From: an uncultured Ruminococcus sp.
Lineage (GTDB): Bacteria; Bacillota; Clostridia; Oscillospirales; CAG-272
Assembly: GCA_902782445.1 (NCBI GenBank)
Contig: CACZNC010000019.1
Coordinates: 12,662 to 76,661 of the forward strand
DNA: 64,000 nt
Direction of reading: 5' to 3'
The translations under genes and the position numbers were made by a program. Every line of letters starts with the position of its first letter. Within the stretch, counting starts at the first letter, position 1. Positions 27,697 to 35,576 of this stretch are shown in pieces. The notes under the pieces were generated by a model. It had not been told where the DNA came from, did no database searches, and worked only from the letters and a program-made list of their open reading frames with translations.

Positions 27697-28317
27697 ATGA
27701 AGAAATTCTCACGGATCCTTGCGGCTGTTTTTTCTGTCCTCTTCCTCCTCGCCTCCTGCTCCTCCTCTCCCATCCGGCTCACCTACGAAGACGGGCGGCT
27801 GGTACACAGCGGGAAAAAGCTCTCCTATCAGGCGGCTCCCCTGAACTATGAACCCGTCGCCATCGGGGAGGAGTACGCTGTTTACGGCAAGGCGAATTTC
27901 CCCCTTTACGAGATCGTCGGACTGGACCCGAAGGAATGGCTCACCGAGGCGAATTCCGGAGCGACGACGACCGTGTTCTACGGAGAAGGGGTCACCCTGC
28001 CCACCCTCCGGGAGATGGATCCCACCGAGCTCTATGTCTGCGTCAACGGGCTCATCACCTTCGCCGACCGGGTCGTGACGGACAAGCACGCCATCGACAG
28101 GATGATCGACCTCTTTGAAAACGGCGAGCAGGTGACCTGGCCCCTCTCCGGCTCGATCCGCACCTATGAACTGAAATTCCATTCCCCGGAACGCTGGCCG
28201 CGGATCTATTACAATCTGACCTTCGGCGAGTTCCCGGAGGGGATGTTCCTCTACGACCGCACCACGAAACGCTGCGTGGAGATCGGCGACCTGCTCGACA
28301 AGGCGGAAAGCCGGTGA
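27697..28317 (+). CDS. lipoprotein, function unknown
   Basis: The internal ATG 27697 gives MKKFSRILAAVFSVLFLLASCSSS with a lipobox LLASC. Confidence 0.65.
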   Translation: MKKFSRILAAVFSVLFLLASCSSSPIRLTYEDGRLVHSGKKLSYQAAPLNYEPVAIGEEYAVYGKANFPLYEIVGLDPKEWLTEANSGATTTVFYGEGVTLPTLREMDPTELYVCVNGLITFADRVVTDKHAIDRMIDLFENGEQVTWPLSGSIRTYELKFHSPERWPRIYYNLTFGEFPEGMFLYDRTTKRCVEIGDLLDKAESR

Positions 28318-28790
28318 GCAGGATGGAACTTCACATTTCCTCCGCCGCGGTCTCTGATCTTGACGAGCTTTTGCGGATCGAAAACGCTTCCTTCACCTGT
28401 CCCTGGTCGGAGGAGAGCTTTCTCGAAGCCCTTGCGTCCGACGCCGTGCGGGTCTACGTCTGCCGCTCGGACGGCGGGGAGATCCTCGGATTCGCGTGTC
28501 TATTGACCGCCGCCGACGAAGGGGAACTCTTGAACATCGCGTCGGATCCCGCGGTACGCCGGTTTGGCGTGGGACGGGCTCTGCTCGCGCGGTGTCTCGA
28601 AGACTGCGAAAAAAACGGGATCGGCGCCCTCTATCTCGAAGTACGGGAATCCAATCTCCCGGCCCGCTCCCTCTATACCTCCGCCGGATTCGTAGAGATC
28701 GGCGTCCGGCGCGGGTATTACACGAAACCACGGGAAAGCGCGATCCTCATGCGGCGCGTGTTTCCCATGAATCTGGAAGGACAGTCATGA
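28314..28790 (+). CDS. rimI: ribosomal-protein-alanine N-acetyltransferase
   Basis: 158 aa. The GTG start overlaps the upstream stop (GTGA); ATG 28323 is an alternative. GNAT core with RRFGVGRALL. Positioned immediately before tsaD. Confidence 0.8.
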   Translation: MSRMELHISSAAVSDLDELLRIENASFTCPWSEESFLEALASDAVRVYVCRSDGGEILGFACLLTAADEGELLNIASDPAVRRFGVGRALLARCLEDCEKNGIGALYLEVRESNLPARSLYTSAGFVEIGVRRGYYTKPRESAILMRRVFPMNLEGQS

Positions 28791-29887
28791 TTCTCTTTGC
28801 GATGGAAAGCTCCTGCGACGAAATGGCGGCCGCCGTGGTATCCGCGGAAAACGGACGCTTCGAGGTCCTTTCCAATATCGTCTCCTCGCAGATCGCCATT
28901 CACGCGCTCTACGGCGGCGTCGTCCCCGAAATCGCCAGCCGCGCCCACTGCGAATCCGTCACCGCAGTCGCAGGGGAAGCGGTCGAAAAAGCCGGGATCC
29001 CCCTCTCCGCCGTCGACGCCGTCGCGGTCACCTTCGCGCCGGGGCTCATCGGATCCCTGCTCGTGGGGCTGAGCTTTGCGAAATCGACGGCGGCCGCCCT
29101 GAAGGTCCCGCTGATCCCCGTGGATCACATCCGGGGGCATGTGGCGGCGGCGTATATCGAACACGAAGACGTCCGGCCTCCCTTCCTCGCGCTGGTGGTC
29201 TCCGGCGGACACACCTCCCTCTATCAGGTCGAGGACTGGACGGATTTTCGTGAGATCGGATGCTCGCGGGACGACGCCTGCGGGGAAGCCTTCGACAAGG
29301 TGGGGCGCGTGATGGGCCTTCCCTACCCCGGCGGCGCGGCGATGGACAGACTCGCGGCGGAATGGACGGAGCTTGAACACAACGGCGCGAAGAATTCCTA
29401 TTCCTTCCCCTCCCCGGCCGTGAGCGACGAATCCTACGACTTTTCGTTCAGCGGGCTGAAAACCGCCGTTATCAACACCCTGCACAATGAAAAGCAGAAG
29501 AGGAAAACGGACGATCTTCCGCGGGAGGTCTGCCGGGAGATCGCCGGGGCCTTCACCCGCACGGTTTCCGACGGGATCTGCCGCAAGCTGAACGCGGCTC
29601 TGCGCGAAACCGGAGCGGAAACCCTCGTGATGGCCGGAGGCGTGGCGGCCAACAGCCATCTGCGTGCCGCGATCGGGGAAACCTGCCGGCGCAGAAAGGT
29701 ACGTTTCGCCGTTCCTTCCCTCCCCCTCTGCGGAGACAACGCCGTCATGATCGCCGCCGCCGGGTATCATTCGTATCTCGCGGGCATCGAAGCGGATTCC
29801 TCCCTGAACGCCTATGCGTCGGACGAGGGATCGGAAGCCTGCGTTGCGGCTCTTCTCGAAATAAAAGCACGGACCGGAACAGTATGA
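28787..29887 (+). CDS. tsaD: tRNA N6-adenosine threonylcarbamoyltransferase
   Basis: 366 aa from ATG 28787 (ATGA overlap with rimI). MILFAMESSCDEMAAAVV, GGVVPEIASRAH and VSGGHTS match the Kae1/TsaD family. Confidence 0.95.
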   Translation: MILFAMESSCDEMAAAVVSAENGRFEVLSNIVSSQIAIHALYGGVVPEIASRAHCESVTAVAGEAVEKAGIPLSAVDAVAVTFAPGLIGSLLVGLSFAKSTAAALKVPLIPVDHIRGHVAAAYIEHEDVRPPFLALVVSGGHTSLYQVEDWTDFREIGCSRDDACGEAFDKVGRVMGLPYPGGAAMDRLAAEWTELEHNGAKNSYSFPSPAVSDESYDFSFSGLKTAVINTLHNEKQKRKTDDLPREVCREIAGAFTRTVSDGICRKLNAALRETGAETLVMAGGVAANSHLRAAIGETCRRRKVRFAVPSLPLCGDNAVMIAAAGYHSYLAGIEADSSLNAYASDEGSEACVAALLEIKARTGTV

Positions 29888-30897
29888 AAATCACACCGAT
29901 ATATCAAAACAAGATCATCTGCCTCCCCGCGGAAGCCGTGACGGAACGCCTGACTTCCGCCACCGCGGACGAACTGAAAGTCCTGATTTCCCTGATCGCG
30001 GAACCGGAGTTCGATCTCCCGTCAAGGGCCGCTGAACTCGATCTGACCGAAAAATCCGTGCTTCGCGCGATCGACTCCTGGACCGCGGCAGGCGTGCTGA
30101 AAATAGAGGATCCGGAGTCCTCACAGGCAGGGAAAACCGAATCCGTAGAAGCCGCCCCTCCCGAACAGCTCACCCTCGACGGCACGGCGGAGAAAAGCAA
30201 AAAGAAGCGCGTGCTCTCCCGGTCCGCTCTCCCGCATTATTCCTCGGAGGAACTGGCGGACGCGGTGGAAAAGACCGACGGCGCGGGGGAACTGATCGAC
30301 GCCTGCCAGCAGCTGCTCGGCCGGATCTTCAATACCGCCGAGACCTCCGTGATCGTGGGGATGCTCGACTATCTCGGCCTGAAACCGGATTACATCCTCC
30401 TCCTCTGCTCCCACGCCGCGGCGATGGAAAAGACCTCCGTGCGCTATGTGGAGAAAATGGCCATCGACCTGCACGACCGCGGGATCGACACCTACGAGAC
30501 CCTCGAAGAAGAGTTGAAGCGGGTGGAAGTGCGGTCCGCTATGGAGACCTGGGTCCGGGAGCTTTTCGGCATCGGGCGGCGGGCTTTCATCAAGAAGGAA
30601 AAGGGATTCATCGACGCCTGGGCCAACACCTACCGCTTCGGAAAGGATATGGTGGCGAAGGCCTACGAGGTCACGGTCTCGAACACCCAGGGAGCCAGCA
30701 TGGACTATACGAACCGTGTCCTCGAAAACTGGTACGCCTCCGGTTACACGACTCCCGAAGAGGTGGACGCGGCGAAGGCGGAACGGAAGGAACAGAGATC
30801 CGCGCCGGAGGGGACGAGCTTTTCCACCGACGATTTCTGGGAATCCGCCCTCAAACGGTCCTACAAGCCCGGGGACGGGGAAGACGGAAACGGATAA
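29884..30897 (+). CDS. DnaD-domain replication initiation/helicase-loading protein (DnaB/DnaD-like)
   Basis: 337 aa with an ATGA overlap with tsaD. Two DnaD-like repeats (YVEKMAIDLHDRGIDTYE, NRVLENWYASGYTTPEE). Confidence 0.75.
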   Translation: MKITPIYQNKIICLPAEAVTERLTSATADELKVLISLIAEPEFDLPSRAAELDLTEKSVLRAIDSWTAAGVLKIEDPESSQAGKTESVEAAPPEQLTLDGTAEKSKKKRVLSRSALPHYSSEELADAVEKTDGAGELIDACQQLLGRIFNTAETSVIVGMLDYLGLKPDYILLLCSHAAAMEKTSVRYVEKMAIDLHDRGIDTYETLEEELKRVEVRSAMETWVRELFGIGRRAFIKKEKGFIDAWANTYRFGKDMVAKAYEVTVSNTQGASMDYTNRVLENWYASGYTTPEEVDAAKAERKEQRSAPEGTSFSTDDFWESALKRSYKPGDGEDGNG

Positions 30898-30909
30898 AAG
30901 GAGCAGAGC

Positions 30910-31896
30910 ATGAGCAGAAGTGAATGTATCCGCCGGGCGAAGGAGACCGTGGAATCCCGCCGCGCGGAGGCTGTAGCCCGCTGGGAGCAGAGGGTAGCGG
31001 AAGTCTCGTCGGTCTGCCCGGAATTTGCCGAAGCGGACCGCCGTCTCCGCGTCACCGGTCCGAAGATCATCGCCGCATCTCTCGGCAAAGGGACGGAGGG
31101 ATCCGGGACAGCGGTGGAGGAGATCCGGAGGGAATACGAGGAACTGAGCGCGAAACGGCGGGCGGCCCTGAAAGCGAACGGCTATCCCGAGGACTGGTGC
31201 GACGTGAAGTACAGCTGCGCGAAGTGTTCGGACTCCGGCTATGTCGGCATCGAGATCTGCGACTGCCTGAGACGGGAGATCGCCAAAAACTTCCTCGCGG
31301 AATCGGGGCTCTACGAGCTGACAAAAAAACAGACTTTTGAGACGTTCTCTCTTGACTATTACGAAAAAGATGATAGAATAAGAATGAAGCAGAACGTGGA
31401 GATCCTGTCCCGGTTCGCGTCGGAATTCCGGCCGGATCAGTCGGACAGCTTCCTCTTCCTCGGCGCGACGGGACTCGGCAAGACCCATCTCTCCTCCGCC
31501 GCGGCGCGCGCTGTCATCGCGAAGGGGTATTACGTGGTATACGAATCCGCGCAGGATCTGTTCAGCTCATACGAGACCCGGAGGTTCGGACAGAGCAGCA
31601 CGGTGGGCGAGGACGAGGGCGACATCGACCGGTTCCTTGACTGCGATCTGCTCATCGTGGACGACCTCGGGGCGGAGATCACCAACAAATTCACGGTGTC
31701 CTGCCTCTATAATCTGATCAACGCGCGGCTCATCCGGCACAAACCAACCATTATCTCCACCAATCTGAACGCGAAGGAGCTGAGGGAGCGGTACGCCGAC
31801 CGGATCGCCAGCAGGCTTTTCGGGGAATACTCTCCCCTGCTCTTTTCCGGGCACGACATCCGGGAGCAGAAGCTCCGCCGGAACACCGCGAAATGA
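30910..31896 (+). CDS. helicase loader ATPase (DnaI/DnaC, IstB-like AAA+)
   Basis: 328 aa. Zinc cluster [17 protein letters not shown], Walker [11 protein letters not shown] and Walker [11 protein letters not shown]. Confidence 0.85.
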   Translation: MSRSECIRRAKETVESRRAEAVARWEQRVAEVSSVCPEFAEADRRLRVTGPKIIAASLGKGTEGSGTAVEEIRREYEELSAKRRAALKANGYPEDWCDVKYSCAKCSDSGYVGIEICDCLRREIAKNFLAESGLYELTKKQTFETFSLDYYEKDDRIRMKQNVEILSRFASEFRPDQSDSFLFLGATGLGKTHLSSAAARAVIAKGYYVVYESAQDLFSSYETRRFGQSSTVGEDEGDIDRFLDCDLLIVDDLGAEITNKFTVSCLYNLINARLIRHKPTIISTNLNAKELRERYADRIASRLFGEYSPLLFSGHDIREQKLRRNTAK

Positions 31897-31942
31897 ACCC
31901 GGAATTCACACACGAAAATCATTACTCTCAGGAGGAATACTT

Positions 31943-32772
31943 ATGAAAATCGGCGCAATGGTAGAGTCCTTCCGGCTCGGATTCCGCGCGGGCGTGGAAA
32001 AAGCGGCTGAACTCGGCATCGAGGGCATTCAGGCGTATGCCACCTACGGGGAGCTCGCGCCCGAAAACATGACGGAAGAAAAGATCCGCGAGACCCTCGA
32101 CATCGTCAAGTCCAACGGTCTCTGCTTCTCCGCCCTCTGCGGCGACTTCGGCCACGGCTTCATGAATCCCGACGACAACAAGATCTACGTGGAAAAGTCC
32201 AAGAGAGTGCTCGATCTGGCGAAGAAGCTGGAATGCAACGTCGTCACCACCCACATCGGAACCGTCCCCGCCGAGGAAAACGAGACCCGCGAGATTATGC
32301 GCAAAGCCTGCCGTGAACTGGCGGAATACGCGGACTCCGTGGAAGCGGCCTTCGCGGTCGAGACCGGCCCCGAACCCGGCAAGCTCCTCGGCGAATTCCT
32401 CGATTCCCTCGGAGCGGGCGGCGTGCGCGTCAACTTCGACCCCGCCAACCTGGTCATGTGCGTGGACGACAGACCGGAGAACGCCCTGAAATACCTCGGC
32501 AAGTACGTCGTGCACACCCACGCGAAAGACGGCATCATGCTGAAGAAGAAGATCGACGAAGCCCTCGAGATCGGCGCGGAAGCGAAGGAGCATCAGGCTC
32601 TCCTCGAAATGGGCCACAAGTATCTTTCGACGTGTACCTCCCCGCCCTGGCCGCCACCGGATTCAACGGCTTCCTCACCATCGAGCGCGAGGTCGGCAAT
32701 TCCCCCGAAAAGGATATCGCTCTGGCAGTCGGATTCCTCAAGGAAAAGCTCCAGAAGTTCAACCTCGCCTGA
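31943..32772 (+). pseudogene. sugar phosphate isomerase/epimerase (xylose-isomerase-like TIM barrel) with a frameshift near 32600-32625
   Basis: ORF 31943..32782 reads a TIM-barrel enzyme ([19 protein letters not shown]) to about 32610, then nonsense. The proper tail [27 protein letters not shown]...KLQKFNLA is in another frame (ORF 32458..32772). The total length is normal, so this is a 1-nt slip, probably at the GGGCC run. Confidence 0.75.
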
Positions 32773-32778
32773 TCCGCG

Positions 32779-33300
32779 ATGAAACTGCTCATTGCCTCCG
32801 ATCTGCACGGGTCGGCATTCTGGACCGGACGGCTCGTGGAATTCTACCGTTGTTCCGGGGCGTCAAGGCTCGTGCTCCTCGGGGATCTGCTCTATCACGG
32901 TCCGCGCAACGACCTGCCAGAAGGATACGATCCGAAAGCCGTGATCGCTCTCCTCAACCCGCTTGCCGCTGAGATCGTCGCGGTCCGCGGCAACTGCGAG
33001 GCGGAGGTCGACGGGATGGTGCTCGACTTCCCCGTGTCCGCCGATTACGGCGTTATCTTCGACGGGGAGAAGGCCCTGTATCTGTCCCACGGACACCGCG
33101 AAATCCCGAAGATGCCGGAAGGATCCGTATATCTGACCGGGCACACGCACATTCCTCACGATTATACGGAAAACGGAGTCCGATATCTCAACCCGGGCTC
33201 CGTCTCCATTCCGAAAAACGGATCCGCCCATTCCTGTCTCCTCTATGAAGACGGTGAATTCCGGCGGATCGACCTCGAAGCGAAGGGAGAGATCCTATGA
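32779..33300 (+). CDS. yfcE: YfcE-family metallophosphoesterase
   Basis: 173 aa: [28 protein letters not shown]. Confidence 0.85.
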   Translation: MKLLIASDLHGSAFWTGRLVEFYRCSGASRLVLLGDLLYHGPRNDLPEGYDPKAVIALLNPLAAEIVAVRGNCEAEVDGMVLDFPVSADYGVIFDGEKALYLSHGHREIPKMPEGSVYLTGHTHIPHDYTENGVRYLNPGSVSIPKNGSAHSCLLYEDGEFRRIDLEAKGEIL

Positions 33301-33749
33301 AACTGGCGGAAGCCCTCATCGAAAGAGCCGATCTCCAGAAACGTCTCGATCAGCTGGAAGACCGGCTGCAGAGCAACGCGCTGGTGCAGGACGGAGAGGA
33401 ACCCGCGGAGGATCCGGTCGCGCTGATGGCGGAATACGTCACCGTGTCCGTATCCCTCGAGGAGCTGATCACGCGCATCAACCTCACCAACGCCGGGACG
33501 GATGTGAACGGCCTCAGCTTGACCGCTCTGATCGCGAAACGGGACTGCCTGCAGAAGCGGGTCCGCGCGATGCGCCGTTTTCTCGGGACCGCCAGCCAGA
33601 CCGCCATGCGCAGCCGGGGCTCGGAGATCATCGTCAAAAGCACGGTTCCCGTCCGGGAGCTGCAGAAATCCGTGGACGATCTCTCGAAGACCCTGCGCGA
33701 AACCGACACCGCGATCCAGGCGGCCAACTGGTCGACCGAGCTTCTCTGA
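33297..33749 (+). CDS. DIP1984-family protein (function unknown)
   Basis: 150 aa with an ATGA overlap with yfc[21 protein letters not shown]...VQDGEEPAEDP...RINLTN matches my memory of the DIP1984 family. Confidence 0.6.
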   Translation: MKLAEALIERADLQKRLDQLEDRLQSNALVQDGEEPAEDPVALMAEYVTVSVSLEELITRINLTNAGTDVNGLSLTALIAKRDCLQKRVRAMRRFLGTASQTAMRSRGSEIIVKSTVPVRELQKSVDDLSKTLRETDTAIQAANWSTELL

Positions 33750-34054
33750 TTTTCCGTGAGTAGCGGGGCGGGCGAGCGTCGCCTCAGCGTTTGAGAATGA
33801 GACGCGCGACCGAAAGGTCATTTATGTGGTGAAAAGCGCGGAGCCGCTTGACCGGTTCGAATCCTGTGACAATCATGCTCCTCAGATTTACACGCGCACA
33901 CCTCACCGGGCATTTTTACTACCGGACGCTGACGTTTCGCGAGGGCGGGATCGGGGACAACAAGAAAAAGAACGGGTACGCCCAGAAAAAGGACGCGCCC
34001 GTTTTTTGCCGTCTTTCCCCGCCCATTACGGAGCCGGGGAGAAACGACGCTCCG

Positions 34055-34141
34055 TCAGTTGCAGAGGATCAGAAGCAGGAGAATGATCACAATGATCCAG
34101 ACGAAGGTGTCGTTGCCGAAGAGATTGCAAAGGCATCCCAT
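34055..34141 (-). CDS. 28-aa hydrophobic Cys-containing micropeptide (YjcZ-like small sporulation-type protein?)
   Basis: Not in the ORF track. On the minus strand, GGAGG lies 8 nt before an ATG that gives MGCLCNLFGNDTFVWIIVIILLLLILCN-stop, followed by hairpins and a T-run. Confidence 0.5.
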   Translation of the reverse strand: MGCLCNLFGNDTFVWIIVIILLLLILCN

Positions 34142-34254
34142 GAAGAAACCTCCGGGCCGGATGGCCTGATTTTTCGTTCAGCGGAAGCGGGCGATTCCCG
34201 CCTCCACTGTCATGGTATGCGTCTGCTTCTTCCGGTGTGAACGGATCGGAAGGA

Positions 34255-34902
34255 TCAATCCTTCGGTCTCAGATCCAGTTCGTCGCAGCCCAGAAAATCG
34301 GTGGCGGCGGTCAGGCTCCCCGCGGGGATATCCGCCGAATCCCCGCACTGCTTGCAGCGGACGTGGATGCAGTCGTCGAGGATCTCCGCCTCGTAGTCGC
34401 CGCCGTCGGGACAGCTGCACAGGATCCTGCCCTCGTCCGCGAGATCGTGAATGACGTAGAGGACGATGTCGAGAACCTGCGGATCGGTGAGCTCGCCCGT
34501 CTGATTGTGACGCCTTTCGGACAGTTCGCTGAAATCCGTGTCCCCGAGCATCTCGAGGAGTTCTTCTTCGGAGGCCTTCATGGCTTCCTGCACCCGGTCT
34601 TTCCGCCCGACGAAACAGATATCGACTCCCGAATAACTGCACGGAAGCGCGAACAGTTCCTGATCGAAGAACATCTGGGAGGAAATCAGATAGGAGTGCG
34701 GGGTGGGACAGAGAAAACAGGGCACGTTCAGCCTCACCTTTTTGTCCCTTGTGTAAACGATCTCCATCTCGGATCCGCCGCAGGGACATTTCAGCCGGAT
34801 CATGTCCGCGGTCAGGGTGAAGATCCCGACAAGGCTCATGACCGACGCGCCGCATTCCGGGCAGCGGTAGGCTACGGTCGTCTCTCTCTGGTTCAGTATC
34901 AT
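34255..34902 (-). CDS. multi-zinc-ribbon hypothetical protein
   Basis: 215 aa from ATG 34902 (the ORF track starts 3 codons earlier at a GTG). CxxC pairs: CPECG...CPCGG, CFLCP, CSCP...CKQCG. I do not recognise a family. Confidence 0.6.
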   Translation of the reverse strand: MILNQRETTVAYRCPECGASVMSLVGIFTLTADMIRLKCPCGGSEMEIVYTRDKKVRLNVPCFLCPTPHSYLISSQMFFDQELFALPCSYSGVDICFVGRKDRVQEAMKASEEELLEMLGDTDFSELSERRHNQTGELTDPQVLDIVLYVIHDLADEGRILCSCPDGGDYEAEILDDCIHVRCKQCGDSADIPAGSLTAATDFLGCDELDLRPKD

Positions 34903-34984
34903 GGGAAGCACCTCGTTCTCTTTCGCTCGTCAGTACAGAAAGTATAGCACAGTTTCCGACAAAATGCAAGACAAAAATCCCGGG

Positions 34985-35013
34985 TTGCTTTTTCTCCTCC
35001 ATTGTGTTATAAT
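34985..35013 (+). promoter_or_regulatory. sigma-A-type promoter (TTGCTT-17-TATAAT)
   Basis: The hexamers lie about 33 nt upstream of the GTG 35046 start. Confidence 0.55.
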
Positions 35014-35045
35014 CTGTAAAAAGCCGCCGGAGGAGGGATTCTGTC

Positions 35046-35534
35046 GTGCCGTTCGTTTACAAGAAAATGGAGACGGAGGAAGAAATCCTCGGGAAAGCGT
35101 ATGTCCACTGGAAGTCCTGGCAGGAAACCTACCCCGGACTGGTTCCCACGTCCTATCTCGAAGCCCTGACGCTCGAAAAATGCGAGGGGATCGCCCGACG
35201 GTGGCCGGACAACATCCTTGTCGCGAAGGAGGGGGACCGCGTCGTCGGGTTCGCGGGATACGGAACCTGCCGGGACGGGGATCTCGATAACGCCGGGGAG
35301 ATCTTCGCGCTCTATGTCCTCGGCGAAGTCCAGCGGCAGGGGATCGGGACGGAACTGACGCGCCGGGCCCTCGATCTGCTGGCGGACCATCCCGTCGTCG
35401 CCCTCTGGGTGCTCGACGGAAACGAGAAGGCGATCCGGTTCTACGAAAAGACGGGGTTCCGATTCGACGGCGCGGAGCAGACTCTGCAGCTCGGAGAACC
35501 CCGGACGGCCCGGCGGATGCTGTTCGCCCGGTAA
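35046..35534 (+). CDS. GNAT-family N-acetyltransferase
   Basis: 162 aa with the acetyl-CoA loop VLGEVQRQGIGTEL. Confidence 0.8.
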   Translation: MPFVYKKMETEEEILGKAYVHWKSWQETYPGLVPTSYLEALTLEKCEGIARRWPDNILVAKEGDRVVGFAGYGTCRDGDLDNAGEIFALYVLGEVQRQGIGTELTRRALDLLADHPVVALWVLDGNEKAIRFYEKTGFRFDGAEQTLQLGEPRTARRMLFAR

Positions 35535-35576
35535 ATCCGGCGCGGGACCCGGAAAACGGAGGAAAGGAGGGGGATC

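Noticed and set aside
33854-33864. GGTTCGAATCC T-loop-like 11-mer in the 300-nt convergent intergenic region (possible tRNA or tRNA fragment)
   Set aside because: The flanking bases give a mismatched T stem (ACCGG / CCTGT). No complementary acceptor strand, D arm or anticodon arm can be found upstream. It may be a chance match or a very old fragment.
33750-34054. Possible small RNA gene between DIP1984 and the micropeptide gene (weak TTGACC-17-AATCAT promoter, terminator-like hairpin near 33970-34005)
   Set aside because: The promoter is poor. The hairpin is more simply the bidirectional terminator for the convergent genes. I see no conserved structure. This is not supportable without expression or conservation data.
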